A stretch of DNA of 37,214 nt from a bacterium (GTDB taxonomy: Bacteria; UBP15; UBA6099; JAJRTR01), in contig JAJRTR010000133.1 of NCBI GenBank assembly GCA_024278215.1, positions 1 to 37,214 on the forward strand, given 5' to 3'. The notes beneath the pieces were generated by a model, which was given only the letters and a program-made list of their open reading frames with translations, did no database searches and was not told where the DNA came from. The position numbers were made by a program, and so were the translations under genes. This document shows positions 9,165 to 18,418 of this stretch, one piece after another. Position 1 is the first letter of the stretch. Each line of letters begins with the position of its first letter.

Positions 9165-9980
9165 CTATTCGCCAGTGCCTTTGGTGCAGTTGTTTCCTGT
9201 TCTCTTTTCAACAATAAACTGCAATATTAGCGGATCGTCCGTCTGTATTATATCCAATCCTGCTTTCATCTTTTTCCTGACTCTTTTCTCACTATTTATC
9301 GGCATCGTTATTACGCGCAACCCCAGTCGCTTCGCCTTCCTGATACGTGCCGCTGTGGCCGTCTCCACAAGCATACCGACCCAGTCGGCCCCGAGTTTTC
9401 TTATCTGTTTCAAACTCAGCGCCGGCACGGGCCATGAGAGAGAAGTGGTTACTTCCGGATAATTCGACTGCATCCATTTCTGATCTTCTATGCGCCACAG
9501 CCCCGCAACGACTCTGTCCCTCATCTTCTTACCGACAACAACCGCCATCAGCTTTTCCATAGTAGAAATGTCATGCACTCCTGTGTCAAGGTAAACTCTT
9601 ACCCTGCGCTCCTTCGCAACATCGAGCACTTCTTCAAGTGTCGGAATCATTTCCCCGTGTTCAGTTCGAAGCATCCTTATCTCGTCGAGTGTCATGTCTT
9701 CGACTTTCCCGCTGCCGTTTGTCGTCCTGTCCACAGTCTTGTCGTGCATGATGATGAAGGCACCGTCTTTTGTGAGGCGCGGGTCGCATTCGATAATGTC
9801 CATTCCGTAATCAGCGGCCAGCCCGAATGCTTTAATCGTATTTTCATCGGCCCGGCTTCTGGTGCCCCTGTGCCCTACAAGAATCACCGAATCCTCACCG
9901 GCTTCCTGCACGCTTTCTGTTCCCGAAAGCAACAAAAATACGGGAATCGCCGCAAAACTCAGTAATAGTATTATTTCCAT
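9165..9980 (-). CDS. Glycerophosphodiester phosphodiesterase (GDPD) family protein, N-terminally anchored
   Basis: GHRG...ENT, IECDPRLTKDG, MHD.TVDRTT, IPTLEEV and IQTDDP motifs. ATG 9980 has GGAG 6 nt upstream and is followed by a hydrophobic N-terminus. Confidence 0.9.
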   Translation of the reverse strand: MEIILLLSFAAIPVFLLLSGTESVQEAGEDSVILVGHRGTRSRADENTIKAFGLAADYGMDIIECDPRLTKDGAFIIMHDKTVDRTTNGSGKVEDMTLDEIRMLRTEHGEMIPTLEEVLDVAKERRVRVYLDTGVHDISTMEKLMAVVVGKKMRDRVVAGLWRIEDQKWMQSNYPEVTTSLSWPVPALSLKQIRKLGADWVGMLVETATAARIRKAKRLGLRVITMPINSEKRVRKKMKAGLDIIQTDDPLILQFIVEKRTGNNCTKGTGE

Positions 9981-10073
9981 ATACAACTCCTGTCCGCCTC
10001 ACTCGCTAACCATCATATACCGCATACGCTGGATATAAAAGCAAAAGCGCGAAAAGCAAAAGTTCTTTTCGTA

Positions 10074-10112
10074 GAGCCGATTACAAAATTCTGATTCTGC
10101 TGCGGTCGGCTC
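10074..10112 (-). mobile_element. 39-bp truncated derivative of MITE family A
   Basis: GAGCCGATTACAAAATTCTGATTCTGCTGCGGTCGGCTC matches the first ~37 bp of the copies at 19399 and 26833, ends in GGCTC and is flanked by TA on both sides. Confidence 0.7.
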
Positions 10113-10294
10113 TATAATATATCCACAGTGAACTCATAACTTCAGCCTTTTTCGTCGCTGATCGGAGTTCCGGATTGTCGCAAAGATGCCTGAACGAACA
10201 CCCCGAAGCTTTATTTTCAATTTGTATATCCATATAATTACGACGATGAAAGCCCGAGGGCAATCACATAATATTTTCTGAGAGAACGCTTATT

Positions 10295-11104
10295 ATGAAA
10301 CTTGTCGTGTGCGTGAAACAGGTTCCGATGGTATCAGAACTGCCATGGGACGCGAAGACGGGAACACTGAAGCGCGAACATGCCGAGGGGATGATGAACC
10401 CGGCATGTAAACACGCGCTCGAAGCCGCGATACGCATTAAAGAAAAACACGGTGGCGACATAACCGTGTTGAGTATGGGCCCATCGCAGGCGGAGGAAGT
10501 CCTGCGCGAAGCCCTGGGTATGGGCGCGGACCGGGGAGTGCTGCTTACATCGCGTAGAATGGCGGGCGCGGACACACTGGCGACGTCATATACACTTGCA
10601 TGCGCAGTACGGAAAGTCTGCCCGGATTTCGACCTCATTTTGTGCGGAGCGCATACCTCGGACAGCGAGACATGGCAGGTGGGGCCGCAGATGATGGAGG
10701 AGCTGGATGTACCGGGTGTCGCCTGTGTCGAGGAATTCGAGTTGAATTGTAACATATTGCGCATGAAACGCGAATCGGACGATTTTCTTGAAACTCTCGA
10801 AATGGAGCTTCCCGGTCTTATAACAGTGTCCACGCGGCATAATATTCCCAGGTATGTATCATTCGCAGGCGTCGAGAACGCGTTCGACGAGGGACAGATC
10901 GAAGTGCTGGACGTTGAAGCGATAGGTGCCGACCCGGCGCGAATCGGTATCGGCGGCTCGCCCACGAAGATTCTCAGTGTCTACTCGCCTACGGCGGAGA
11001 AAAAGGGCGTTCTGATCAAGGGTTCCGCAAAGAAAGCTGTCGAAGAACTGTTCGACAAATTCGGCGATCTCCTCGGCGGCGTGATTGGAAAAGACCTCGC
11101 TTAG
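10295..11104 (+). CDS. etfB: Electron transfer flavoprotein beta subunit
   Basis: MKLVVCVKQVP, ALEAA, SMGP, ALGMGAD, GADTLATSY, QVGP and IGIGGSPT motifs. Confidence 0.93.
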   Translation: MKLVVCVKQVPMVSELPWDAKTGTLKREHAEGMMNPACKHALEAAIRIKEKHGGDITVLSMGPSQAEEVLREALGMGADRGVLLTSRRMAGADTLATSYTLACAVRKVCPDFDLILCGAHTSDSETWQVGPQMMEELDVPGVACVEEFELNCNILRMKRESDDFLETLEMELPGLITVSTRHNIPRYVSFAGVENAFDEGQIEVLDVEAIGADPARIGIGGSPTKILSVYSPTAEKKGVLIKGSAKKAVEELFDKFGDLLGGVIGKDLA

Positions 11105-11149
11105 AGAATGCACAATTCTGACGGCGCTTTACCGGTTGGAGCATTATAA

Positions 11150-12151
11150 ATGACAAACAATAGAAGAGAAATATGGGTATTCGGTGATTACAGGAATTAT
11201 TTCCAGAACCGCGTTACCCTGCAACTGATAGCGAAGGGGAAAGAACTCGCGGCGCAGACAGGCGCGGATTTGTGCGCTGTTGTATTCGGCAACGATATTG
11301 ACGAATGGGTATGGGAATACACATGTCACGGCGCAGACAGGATATATATAGTAAAAGACGAGTCACTCGCGCAATATAAGATAGAAATATACGCCGCGCT
11401 GCTCGAGCGACTGGCGCGTGAGTATGAGCCTGATATACTTCTTATCGGAGCCACGGCGTTCGGGAAGGAATTCGCGCCGCGTGTTGCGAAAAGACTTGGC
11501 GCGGGCCTCAGCGCGGACTGTATCGGACTGAAGATAGACAAAGAGGAACGTCTTGTGGCGACTGCGCCGGCATTCGGAGGTAATCTGCTTGCCGATATTG
11601 TCGCGCCGGACAGCAAACCGCAGATGGCGACGGTCAGGCCGGGCACTTTCAAAGAAATACCGCACAATGACAACCTCGATAGTGAAAAGATATATATTCC
11701 ACTGCCTGACGATCTTCCAGAGGAAAGAGTTCGGCTGATCAGCTCCGAGAAAATCCCCGAGCGCGGAGTGAAGCTCGAAAACGCCAGAGTGGTGGTATGC
11801 GGCGGGCGCGGCATGGGAAGCAAAAGAAAGTTTCGCAACCTGAATGAACTCGCGAAACTTCTTGGCGCGGAAGTCGGCGCCACAAGGCCTGTTGTGTATT
11901 CCAACTGGGCGAGCCATGACGCGCTTGTCGGACAGGCAGGCAAGAATATCAGGCCACAGGCTCTGTTCTCCTTTGGCATTAGCGGCGCGATCCAGCATAC
12001 CGCGGCGATTACAGATGCGGATTTCATAATTGCAGTCAACAAGAACCCGAACGCCACGATGATGAAGATGGCGGATGTCGCTATAGTTGCCGATGCGGGG
12101 CAGGTGTGCAACGCCCTGATAAAGGAGTTGAAGAAACGCGCGAAAGACTGA
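11150..12151 (+). CDS. etfA: Electron transfer flavoprotein alpha subunit
   Basis: GLSADC, PAFGGN, PQMATVRPG, VVCGGRG, VGATRP, VGQAGK, GISGAIQH and IIAVNK motifs; it follows etfB. Confidence 0.93.
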   Translation: MTNNRREIWVFGDYRNYFQNRVTLQLIAKGKELAAQTGADLCAVVFGNDIDEWVWEYTCHGADRIYIVKDESLAQYKIEIYAALLERLAREYEPDILLIGATAFGKEFAPRVAKRLGAGLSADCIGLKIDKEERLVATAPAFGGNLLADIVAPDSKPQMATVRPGTFKEIPHNDNLDSEKIYIPLPDDLPEERVRLISSEKIPERGVKLENARVVVCGGRGMGSKRKFRNLNELAKLLGAEVGATRPVVYSNWASHDALVGQAGKNIRPQALFSFGISGAIQHTAAITDADFIIAVNKNPNATMMKMADVAIVADAGQVCNALIKELKKRAKD

Positions 12152-12200
12152 TGCTTTTTTTATTTTGGATTCCTGAATATTAATCTTTCGAAGAGAAAAT

Positions 12201-12575
12201 ATGAAATATAAAATCCTTTTGTTTATTGACATCATATTCGCGACAAGTTCGCAGATACTGATGAAGACGGGCGTTTCAAAACTCGGCGGTCTGGAGCAGT
12301 TCCACGGGCTACTTCCTCTGTTGTTCGCGTTTATTACTTCACCATACATAATAATCGGGCTTTTCCTGACAGGTTCGGGGATTCTGCTCTGGCTGACAAT
12401 CATCTCCAACCTCGAACTCAGCTTCGCATACCCATTCAATTCACTTAGTTACGTAGTTATATTGTTGTACGGTGCGCTGGTGTTAGGTGAGAATGTTAAT
12501 ATTATACGCATAAGCGGAGTTGCGATGATAATTGCAGGAGTAATAATTATATCACGCACAGAGGAGGCCGGCTAA
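12201..12575 (+). CDS. Small EamA/SMR-like 4-TM protein (ArnE/ArnF-like flippase subunit)
   Basis: 124 aa and hydrophobic, with QILMK.G, LELSFAYPF.SLSYV and LGE.V...RI.G..MIIAGV. Confidence 0.8.
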   Translation: MKYKILLFIDIIFATSSQILMKTGVSKLGGLEQFHGLLPLLFAFITSPYIIIGLFLTGSGILLWLTIISNLELSFAYPFNSLSYVVILLYGALVLGENVNIIRISGVAMIIAGVIIISRTEEAG

Positions 12576-12949
12576 TGGCTTTCGTGCTTCTTTTCGCATC
12601 TATATTCTGCGCAATCTGCGGCCAGTTGCTGATGAAAATCACAGTGATAAAACTTGACGGTCTGGATTTCGCTTCGGGCTCTTTTGCAAAGCATTTCATG
12701 AAGCTGCTTGCTTCGCCGTACATCTATATTGCAATGTGTTTTTATTTCATGAGCATGGTAATTTATCTTATTGCGATTTCGCATCTGGACCTGAGCATGG
12801 CATATCCGATGGTAAGCATCAGCTACGCTATAATATTGTTGTGTTCGAGATTGTTTTTTGGAGAAAAGGTGTCCGCGTTGAGATGGGTGGGTGTGGCGAT
12901 TATAATAGCAGGCGTGTTTTTAGTCTCACAGAGCGGTGGCCCGCACTAA
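12575..12949 (+). CDS. Small EamA/SMR-like 4-TM protein (ArnE/ArnF-like flippase subunit), paralog of the upstream gene
   Basis: GQLLMK, LDLSMAYPMVSISY and FFGEKVS..RW.G; its ATG overlaps the upstream TAA (TAATG). Confidence 0.8.
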   Translation: MAFVLLFASIFCAICGQLLMKITVIKLDGLDFASGSFAKHFMKLLASPYIYIAMCFYFMSMVIYLIAISHLDLSMAYPMVSISYAIILLCSRLFFGEKVSALRWVGVAIIIAGVFLVSQSGGPH

Positions 12950-13133
12950 CTTTGCGTCAACAAGAAAAGACGTAAAATGGGCTAGCGTAATAACGATAAA
13001 AGTGCAGAGCGGGGTCACCGTACCCCGCCTCAACTTGCGCTTGTAAAAACTGTTTTCGCGAGAAATATGCTCAGGCGCGCTGCGGTGCCCCCGCCCTACA
13101 CATCTTGCACATTTACAAGTGTGACATGACACT
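12948..13133 (-). mobile_element. Family B non-autonomous element, copy 2
   Basis: Reverse-complement match to 6731-6923. It contains GTAGGGCGGGGGCACCGCAGCGCGCC on the minus strand and GCGGGGTCACCGTACCCCGCC, and ends in TGACATGACACT-A. Confidence 0.75.
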
Positions 13134-13208
13134 ATCGTTGCGCCGGTGAAATGAACGCCGAGTGGAAGGTAAGAAGGAAGGTATTGTCGAAATCAACTTA
13201 CAGGATAC

Positions 13209-13295
13209 TGCCGAAGGGGGGACTTGAACCCCCACGTCCAATAGTGAACACTAGAACCTGAATCTAGCGCGTCTACCAAATTCCGCCACTTCGGC
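13209..13295 (-). tRNA. tRNA-Leu (anticodon CAG)
   Basis: Minus strand GCCGAAGTGGCGGAATTTGGTAGACGCG-CTAGA-TT CAG GT-TCTAG, a long variable arm, then GTGGGGGTTCAAGTCCCCC-CTTCGGC-A. CCA is not encoded. Confidence 0.96.
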
Positions 13296-13331
13296 TTGCT
13301 GCGAGGCCGTTTCTCGAAACGGCACTATAAC

Positions 13332-13359
13332 ATTATGGAGATTTCCGCCTGAAAGTCAA
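13332..13359 (-). promoter_or_regulatory. Putative sigma70 promoter of tRNA-Leu
   Basis: Minus strand TTGACT, 16 nt, CATAAT, about 35 nt upstream of the tRNA. Confidence 0.45.
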
Positions 13360-13366
13360 TTTATAA

Positions 13367-14452
13367 ATGAGAATTTTTAAGATTATAGACAGATACATTC
13401 TTGGTGAGTTTTTTCTATACCTCGTTTTTGGGCTGACGCTTGTTGTGATTTTTCTTATGGTGAATATGATCCTGTTCCAGATGCTGGATTTCGTGATAGA
13501 GAAGCAGGTGCCGCTCGCTGTTTTCATGAAGATACTTTTTTACCAGGTGCCCGCGTTCCTTGTGCTGGCGTTGCCGATGGCTACATTGTTCGCTTCGCTT
13601 ATCTCGATGAGCAGGATGTCTAAAGACAGCGAGATCGATGTGATGCGCACGAGCGGCATGAGTGTAATAAGGATTCTCATGCCGGTTCTTGTTGGCGGAG
13701 CGTTGGTTAGCGCGTTCGGGTGGGTTACGCTTCAGCGCATTGTGCCGTGGTCAAACACGCAGAGCGCGAAGCTGTGGCGGCAGTTCTACCTGAGCGATGT
13801 AATGAACAAACCTATGGCAAATGTCTTTTTCAAGGGTAAAGACAACAAGATGTTTTATATTGACTCGGTTGATCCGCGCTCGGATACTGTGCTCGGCATT
13901 TTAATATATGATACGTCAACGGGTAAATATCCGCGCATCACCACAGCGCCGCGCGGTGACTGGAAGGGCAACGCACTTACACTCCGCGACGGCATGATCC
14001 ACCATTTCAAGGATAACGGATTGCTCGATTACGAAGTGAATTTCGAAAAACTTAAATTGAATATCGAGCGACACATGGAACAGATATTCGGCGAGCAGAA
14101 GTCGCCCCAGGAGATGACGCTCGGGGAACTGCGTGACAAGATAACGCTGTTCAAGGAAAGCGGCATCGACACTAAGAAATGGGAAACCGACATGTACTTT
14201 AAAATGTCGATCCCCGTTGCGAGTTTCATTTGTGTGCTTGTGGGGGTGCCGCTGAGTATTAAAACGGGGCGCAGCGGTATGATGGCGGGGATATTGACAG
14301 CTTTTCTTCTTGTGATCCTCTACTGGGTGATGACGATAATATGTACCGCGCTGGGCTACAAGGGAGTGTTGCCGCCTGTAGTTGCGGCGTGGGCGCAGAA
14401 TGTGCTTTTCCTCGCGATTGGTATTGTCCTGATTGTCCGCACCAGAAGATGA
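13367..14452 (+). CDS. LptF/LptG family LPS export permease
   Basis: IIDRYI..E start, P.FLVLALPMATL, DSEIDVMRTSGMS, a periplasmic beta-rich region, K.S.P...F...L.G.PL and LPPVVAAW..N; 361 aa. Confidence 0.9.
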   Translation: MRIFKIIDRYILGEFFLYLVFGLTLVVIFLMVNMILFQMLDFVIEKQVPLAVFMKILFYQVPAFLVLALPMATLFASLISMSRMSKDSEIDVMRTSGMSVIRILMPVLVGGALVSAFGWVTLQRIVPWSNTQSAKLWRQFYLSDVMNKPMANVFFKGKDNKMFYIDSVDPRSDTVLGILIYDTSTGKYPRITTAPRGDWKGNALTLRDGMIHHFKDNGLLDYEVNFEKLKLNIERHMEQIFGEQKSPQEMTLGELRDKITLFKESGIDTKKWETDMYFKMSIPVASFICVLVGVPLSIKTGRSGMMAGILTAFLLVILYWVMTIICTALGYKGVLPPVVAAWAQNVLFLAIGIVLIVRTRR

Positions 14453-14476
14453 ATGCGTAATAAACGGTGAAAGATA

Positions 14477-14655
14477 GAGCCAGTTGCAAAATTATATTCG
14501 AAGCGAGGTCGAGCGAAATTGGTCGGAAGCAAGGCAGAGGTGCAAAATCCCCGCAGGCGTACTTGTAGAGTACGTCGAGGATGATTTTGTGCCGACAACG
14601 CAGCTGTTGACAATTGCAGCCGACCGTAGCTGAATCAGAATTTTGCAATTGGCTC
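14477..14655 (+). mobile_element. MITE family A copy 1 (179 bp), target duplication GATA
   Basis: TIRs GAGCCAGTTGCAAAATT / AATTTTGCAATTGGCTC; GATA at 14473-14476 and 14656-14659. Confidence 0.88.
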
Positions 14656-14678
14656 GATAATCAGTAACACACAGGTTT

Positions 14679-16958
14679 TTGATGAGATATGACCACACAG
14701 GAATGACCGCACACATAAAATCGTTTTCCGCATCCGTTGCAGCAGCATGGCTCGTGGGATTAGCTGTGATGCTGCTTTCGTGCACGATTTCGCCGAAAGG
14801 GGCGTGCGCGCGATCACAGAAATATCGGATTGTCATCGAGTCGGCCGATTATCTCAAGTATGAAAAAAACATGTCGGTTACGTTCATGAAAGGCAACGTG
14901 GTGATCGCCTATGAAGGCACCCGCATAATGGCCGATGAAGCAGTCCTGAATGAAAGGACGAAAATGGTGACTGCGAAAGGAAATGTCGCGGTTATCGAAT
15001 CGGATAACGAACTGGACGGCGAGTTTCTTATATACAAATACGATGAAAAGTATTTCGAGTTGTCGCAGGTGAGTGGCCGCACCATTTCGGACAACAAGGG
15101 AACAGAAGTTTTTTTTACCGGCGAGACGGTGAAGGGAACAGAGCGGAAGGTGAAGGTGAGGTATCCGGATTTCACAACGTGCGGCCCGCATTGCCCGTCG
15201 GAATATCACATGCGCGCGCGCGACGTTTCGATATTTCCGAACAATAAAATAATCGCCCGGAAAGTAGCGATATATCTGCGTAAAACGCGCGTGATGTGGC
15301 TGCCTCTTTATATTATATCGCTTAAGGATGAAGACCGTTATATGCCAGAATTCGGCTACGACAAAACCCGTGGCTTCTATGTGCTGTCGAAGTATCCGTA
15401 TCTTGCGAGAGAACTTGTTTCCGGCTGGATAATACTGAACTATATGACGAAAAAGGGCACAGAGTACGGGATGGACCACAAGTACACCGCACGCAGGATC
15501 GGCGGCGCGGGCCGCACTACTTTTAAGACTAATAACGACAAGCAATCGGGCAATACAAACTCGACGATTTCGCTGACACAGCAACTGAAGTTCGGAAAGA
15601 AGTTCTCCGGAAACACTTCGTATTCCAGAGTCAACACATACAACATCTACACACCCGCCTACCGCACTAACACTGCCAGATATGCACTGAACATGAATAT
15701 CAGGCAGACAAGTTACAAGAACCTTGGAATAAAGTATAACTTCAACGAAAGCAAAAGCAGGTCCGAAAGCAAGAACAGTTCGATCGGCCTGACGAGGAAA
15801 ACGCGATTCAGCAAAAACCTCACTCTCGATTACAACTATACACAGACATTCAGGCAGATCGGCGAATATCCGAAAAATGAAGAGTCGACCTTCAACTCGA
15901 CGACAAGATATAATCTGCCCGGCATCCTCTCGATGACGATGACGACATACAAGACCTTCGACCCCGACGGCGACAAATACGCGAACGACCGGAATGTCAG
16001 CGTAAACAACCAGAAGACGCCGGAGATAAATGTGCAGCTACAACCAAAACTCTGGCAGAAAACACTACCGCAAAAATATATTCCATTAAAAAAGGTTTCT
16101 TTCCAGCATGGCCGATACAGGCAGGGCACACGCAGGAGCAGCGAGGCGCTGCGCAGGAACGCCTTCGAGCTCATGGCCGACAGGCAGTTCAAATTCGGCA
16201 ACAGGCTCACTATCACTCCGCGGGAAACATACAAACAGCGTTTCTACAACACGAAAGACGCGATGTATATACTCGACCACACGACGGCGCTCCAGTACCG
16301 GACGCGGAGCAGGAACGGCAAGACAAAAACATTTACGATGAACTACAGGAAGTCCGGCGACTCCGGCGGAATACCGTATCCGCGCGACCGCGGCTCCGAA
16401 CAGATAATGCTCAACGGCAACTTTACAATACAGAATCCAAAAACTGTTTTCAAGATGGCGACGAGCTACAATTACAGGACTTTCTCATACAGTCCGCTGA
16501 CTCTCAATTACAAGCGGGGCATCACGCAGAACTCGACATTCAACATCAACGGCGGTCGCGATCTCAACCGGCATACATGGAACAATACTTCGACCACACT
16601 CGGACTGAAAAGGAGAAACACAAGAATAAATATCAACGCCACCTGGGATACGGAAAAGGATTTCGAACTGCGCAACATGAATATAAAAACCGAGCACAAG
16701 CGCCGCAATGGCTGGAAGTTCCAGACCAGAAGCGTCTACGAGGACAACGACCGTTACAGCCTGCTCCGCGATGTTATCGCCACAAAAACAAGATGCTGCA
16801 CGCAACTTCAATTTTCATATAATACGGAAAGAGACGAATTCAAATTTCAATATATGATCCTTGCGTTTCCGAGCAAAAGCTTCGGCTTCACACAGGGCGG
16901 CCAGGGGTTCGAGTTCAATGAGAATCTCACAGAATTCAAGTCTGAGGAACAGAAATGA
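14679..16958 (+). CDS. lptD: LPS assembly protein LptD-like (OstA-type N-domain plus beta-barrel)
   Basis: Signal peptide; N-terminal jellyroll motifs (IE.AD.L.Y, GNV.I.Y....I.AD, A.GNV); FTTC...C...Y...A, PEFGY...RG; a barrel-like C-half with RCC near the end; next to lptF/G. The start could be 14682 or 14703. Confidence 0.8.
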   Translation: MMRYDHTGMTAHIKSFSASVAAAWLVGLAVMLLSCTISPKGACARSQKYRIVIESADYLKYEKNMSVTFMKGNVVIAYEGTRIMADEAVLNERTKMVTAKGNVAVIESDNELDGEFLIYKYDEKYFELSQVSGRTISDNKGTEVFFTGETVKGTERKVKVRYPDFTTCGPHCPSEYHMRARDVSIFPNNKIIARKVAIYLRKTRVMWLPLYIISLKDEDRYMPEFGYDKTRGFYVLSKYPYLARELVSGWIILNYMTKKGTEYGMDHKYTARRIGGAGRTTFKTNNDKQSGNTNSTISLTQQLKFGKKFSGNTSYSRVNTYNIYTPAYRTNTARYALNMNIRQTSYKNLGIKYNFNESKSRSESKNSSIGLTRKTRFSKNLTLDYNYTQTFRQIGEYPKNEESTFNSTTRYNLPGILSMTMTTYKTFDPDGDKYANDRNVSVNNQKTPEINVQLQPKLWQKTLPQKYIPLKKVSFQHGRYRQGTRRSSEALRRNAFELMADRQFKFGNRLTITPRETYKQRFYNTKDAMYILDHTTALQYRTRSRNGKTKTFTMNYRKSGDSGGIPYPRDRGSEQIMLNGNFTIQNPKTVFKMATSYNYRTFSYSPLTLNYKRGITQNSTFNINGGRDLNRHTWNNTSTTLGLKRRNTRININATWDTEKDFELRNMNIKTEHKRRNGWKFQTRSVYEDNDRYSLLRDVIATKTRCCTQLQFSYNTERDEFKFQYMILAFPSKSFGFTQGGQGFEFNENLTEFKSEEQK

Positions 16959-17638
16959 AAAACAACTTGATGAAACGCGGATTCATGTTTTTGACGGCGG
17001 GAATACGGGCAGCGTGGTTGCTGATTGTATTCGTGATATTCCTTTCAGGATGCGCGAGATACGCGCCTGTGCCGCCGCCACCACCTAAAGACCGCATCCT
17101 CGAAATCAGGCTCGTTACGGCCGAACCGGTGTCGCCCGATTACTATTACTATATTGCCCTGAACACGGACAACGACCCGGATGTCGACGGCCCGTGGCAA
17201 TATCTTTCCGGTGCCGACCGCGCTAAAGACTGGTCATATTATATTGTCCTGAAAGACGGATATTTCAGTGAAAACATCATAGCGAACGAAGAGGACCGGG
17301 ACAATGAACCGACCCTGTTCAACAATACATCTTCGAGGTATTATTACACGACTGTTTCAGGCACAAGCATAACTGTAAGAATGCTTATAAGCAACTTTAT
17401 CGCCGACAATATCGCCATAAAGATGAATTTCATCACGAGCCTTCTGCCCCTGACTCCGACAGACGAGGTGATCGAGGCGCTGGATTATATCAAGCCGACT
17501 TTTTTCAGTGTTACCAACAGGGACGGCGAGTTGATAAATTATACGAATTACCCTGCTGTCAGCGACCACGCAGTCGCGGGCGACGACAACAAAGCTGCGG
17601 ATATTGTCGCCTGGTATGTGCGCATCTACGAGATTTGA
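16955..17638 (+). CDS. Hypothetical lipoprotein translationally coupled to lptD
   Basis: ATGA overlap with the lptD stop. A lipobox-like FLSG-C follows a hydrophobic stretch, then a Pro-rich tether (APVPPPPP) and a beta-rich domain. Confidence 0.75.
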   Translation: MKNNLMKRGFMFLTAGIRAAWLLIVFVIFLSGCARYAPVPPPPPKDRILEIRLVTAEPVSPDYYYYIALNTDNDPDVDGPWQYLSGADRAKDWSYYIVLKDGYFSENIIANEEDRDNEPTLFNNTSSRYYYTTVSGTSITVRMLISNFIADNIAIKMNFITSLLPLTPTDEVIEALDYIKPTFFSVTNRDGELINYTNYPAVSDHAVAGDDNKAADIVAWYVRIYEI

Positions 17639-17672
17639 ACCAAACACCGTATATCGTGACCGTCGTTTCTAT

Positions 17673-17695
17673 CCCGCATATTTCACCATTGCGGG
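17673..17695 (+). repeat. Family C 23-bp hairpin repeat, copy 1
   Basis: CCCGCATATTTCACCATTGCGGG; near-identical copies at 27038, 28487 (reverse) and 37117. Confidence 0.7.
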
Positions 17696-18123
17696 CCAAA
17701 ATTCGTAACGGTTGAGAATACGTTACAGGAACCGCTCCGGGTCTGTCGTATAATGATAGGGAGCAATTGGATACTTGCGTCCGATTCGCCATGCAAGGCC
17801 GGCTGCGATTTAATACAGGCTCGAATAACACATACCTTTGACTCGATACCCTTCAGTTTGCCACTCTGTGAACAGTAACATATTTTTAATATCGGACTTG
17901 ACAAAACGCGATAGTTACATAAGACTAAGCTTAACTGATAATTCATTCTTTTGGACATGTTCTTTTTTTGTGCGGAATGTATTTATCAAAAGTAATGAGC
18001 TTAGTTTTATGTTAGAGGGATTCTGTCTGGATAAAGTCACCACAAAAATACTAAAAACTTTTCCATTGTTCAGAAACACCGTTTTGCTAGGCTCGATTCG
18101 CGGAAAGGGAGAAGCGAAGCAAA

Positions 18124-18327
18124 ATGAGAATTCAAGGTACAGTAAAGTGGTTTAACGCATCAAAGGGTTATGGTTTTCTCCAGAGATCGGACGGAGACGA
18201 TGTTTTCGTGCATTACTCCGCAATTCAGGACGAAGGTTATAAGACACTCGAAGAAGGCGAGAGCGTCGAGTTCGACATCGTGGAAGGGCCGCGTGGCGAG
18301 CAGGCTTCCAACGTCACAAAAATCTGA
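18124..18327 (+). CDS. cspA: Cold-shock protein (CspA family)
   Basis: [14 protein letters not shown] (RNP1), DVFVHYSAI (RNP2), GYKTLEEG and QASNV; 67 aa. Confidence 0.95.
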   Translation: MRIQGTVKWFNASKGYGFLQRSDGDDVFVHYSAIQDEGYKTLEEGESVEFDIVEGPRGEQASNVTKI

Positions 18328-18418
18328 ATTTCTAATCCGGAAAAGTTACACATTCGGCAAAGTGTAGTTGCATTATATTTGTTTGCAATGCTTATCTGTG
18401 CCTGTTTTCGTTGATGTA

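Noticed and set aside
14477-14655. Family A repeats as integron attC sites
   Set aside because: There are no RYYYAAC/GTTRRRY ends, orientations are mixed, they flank housekeeping genes, and the 4-bp target duplications point to transposition.
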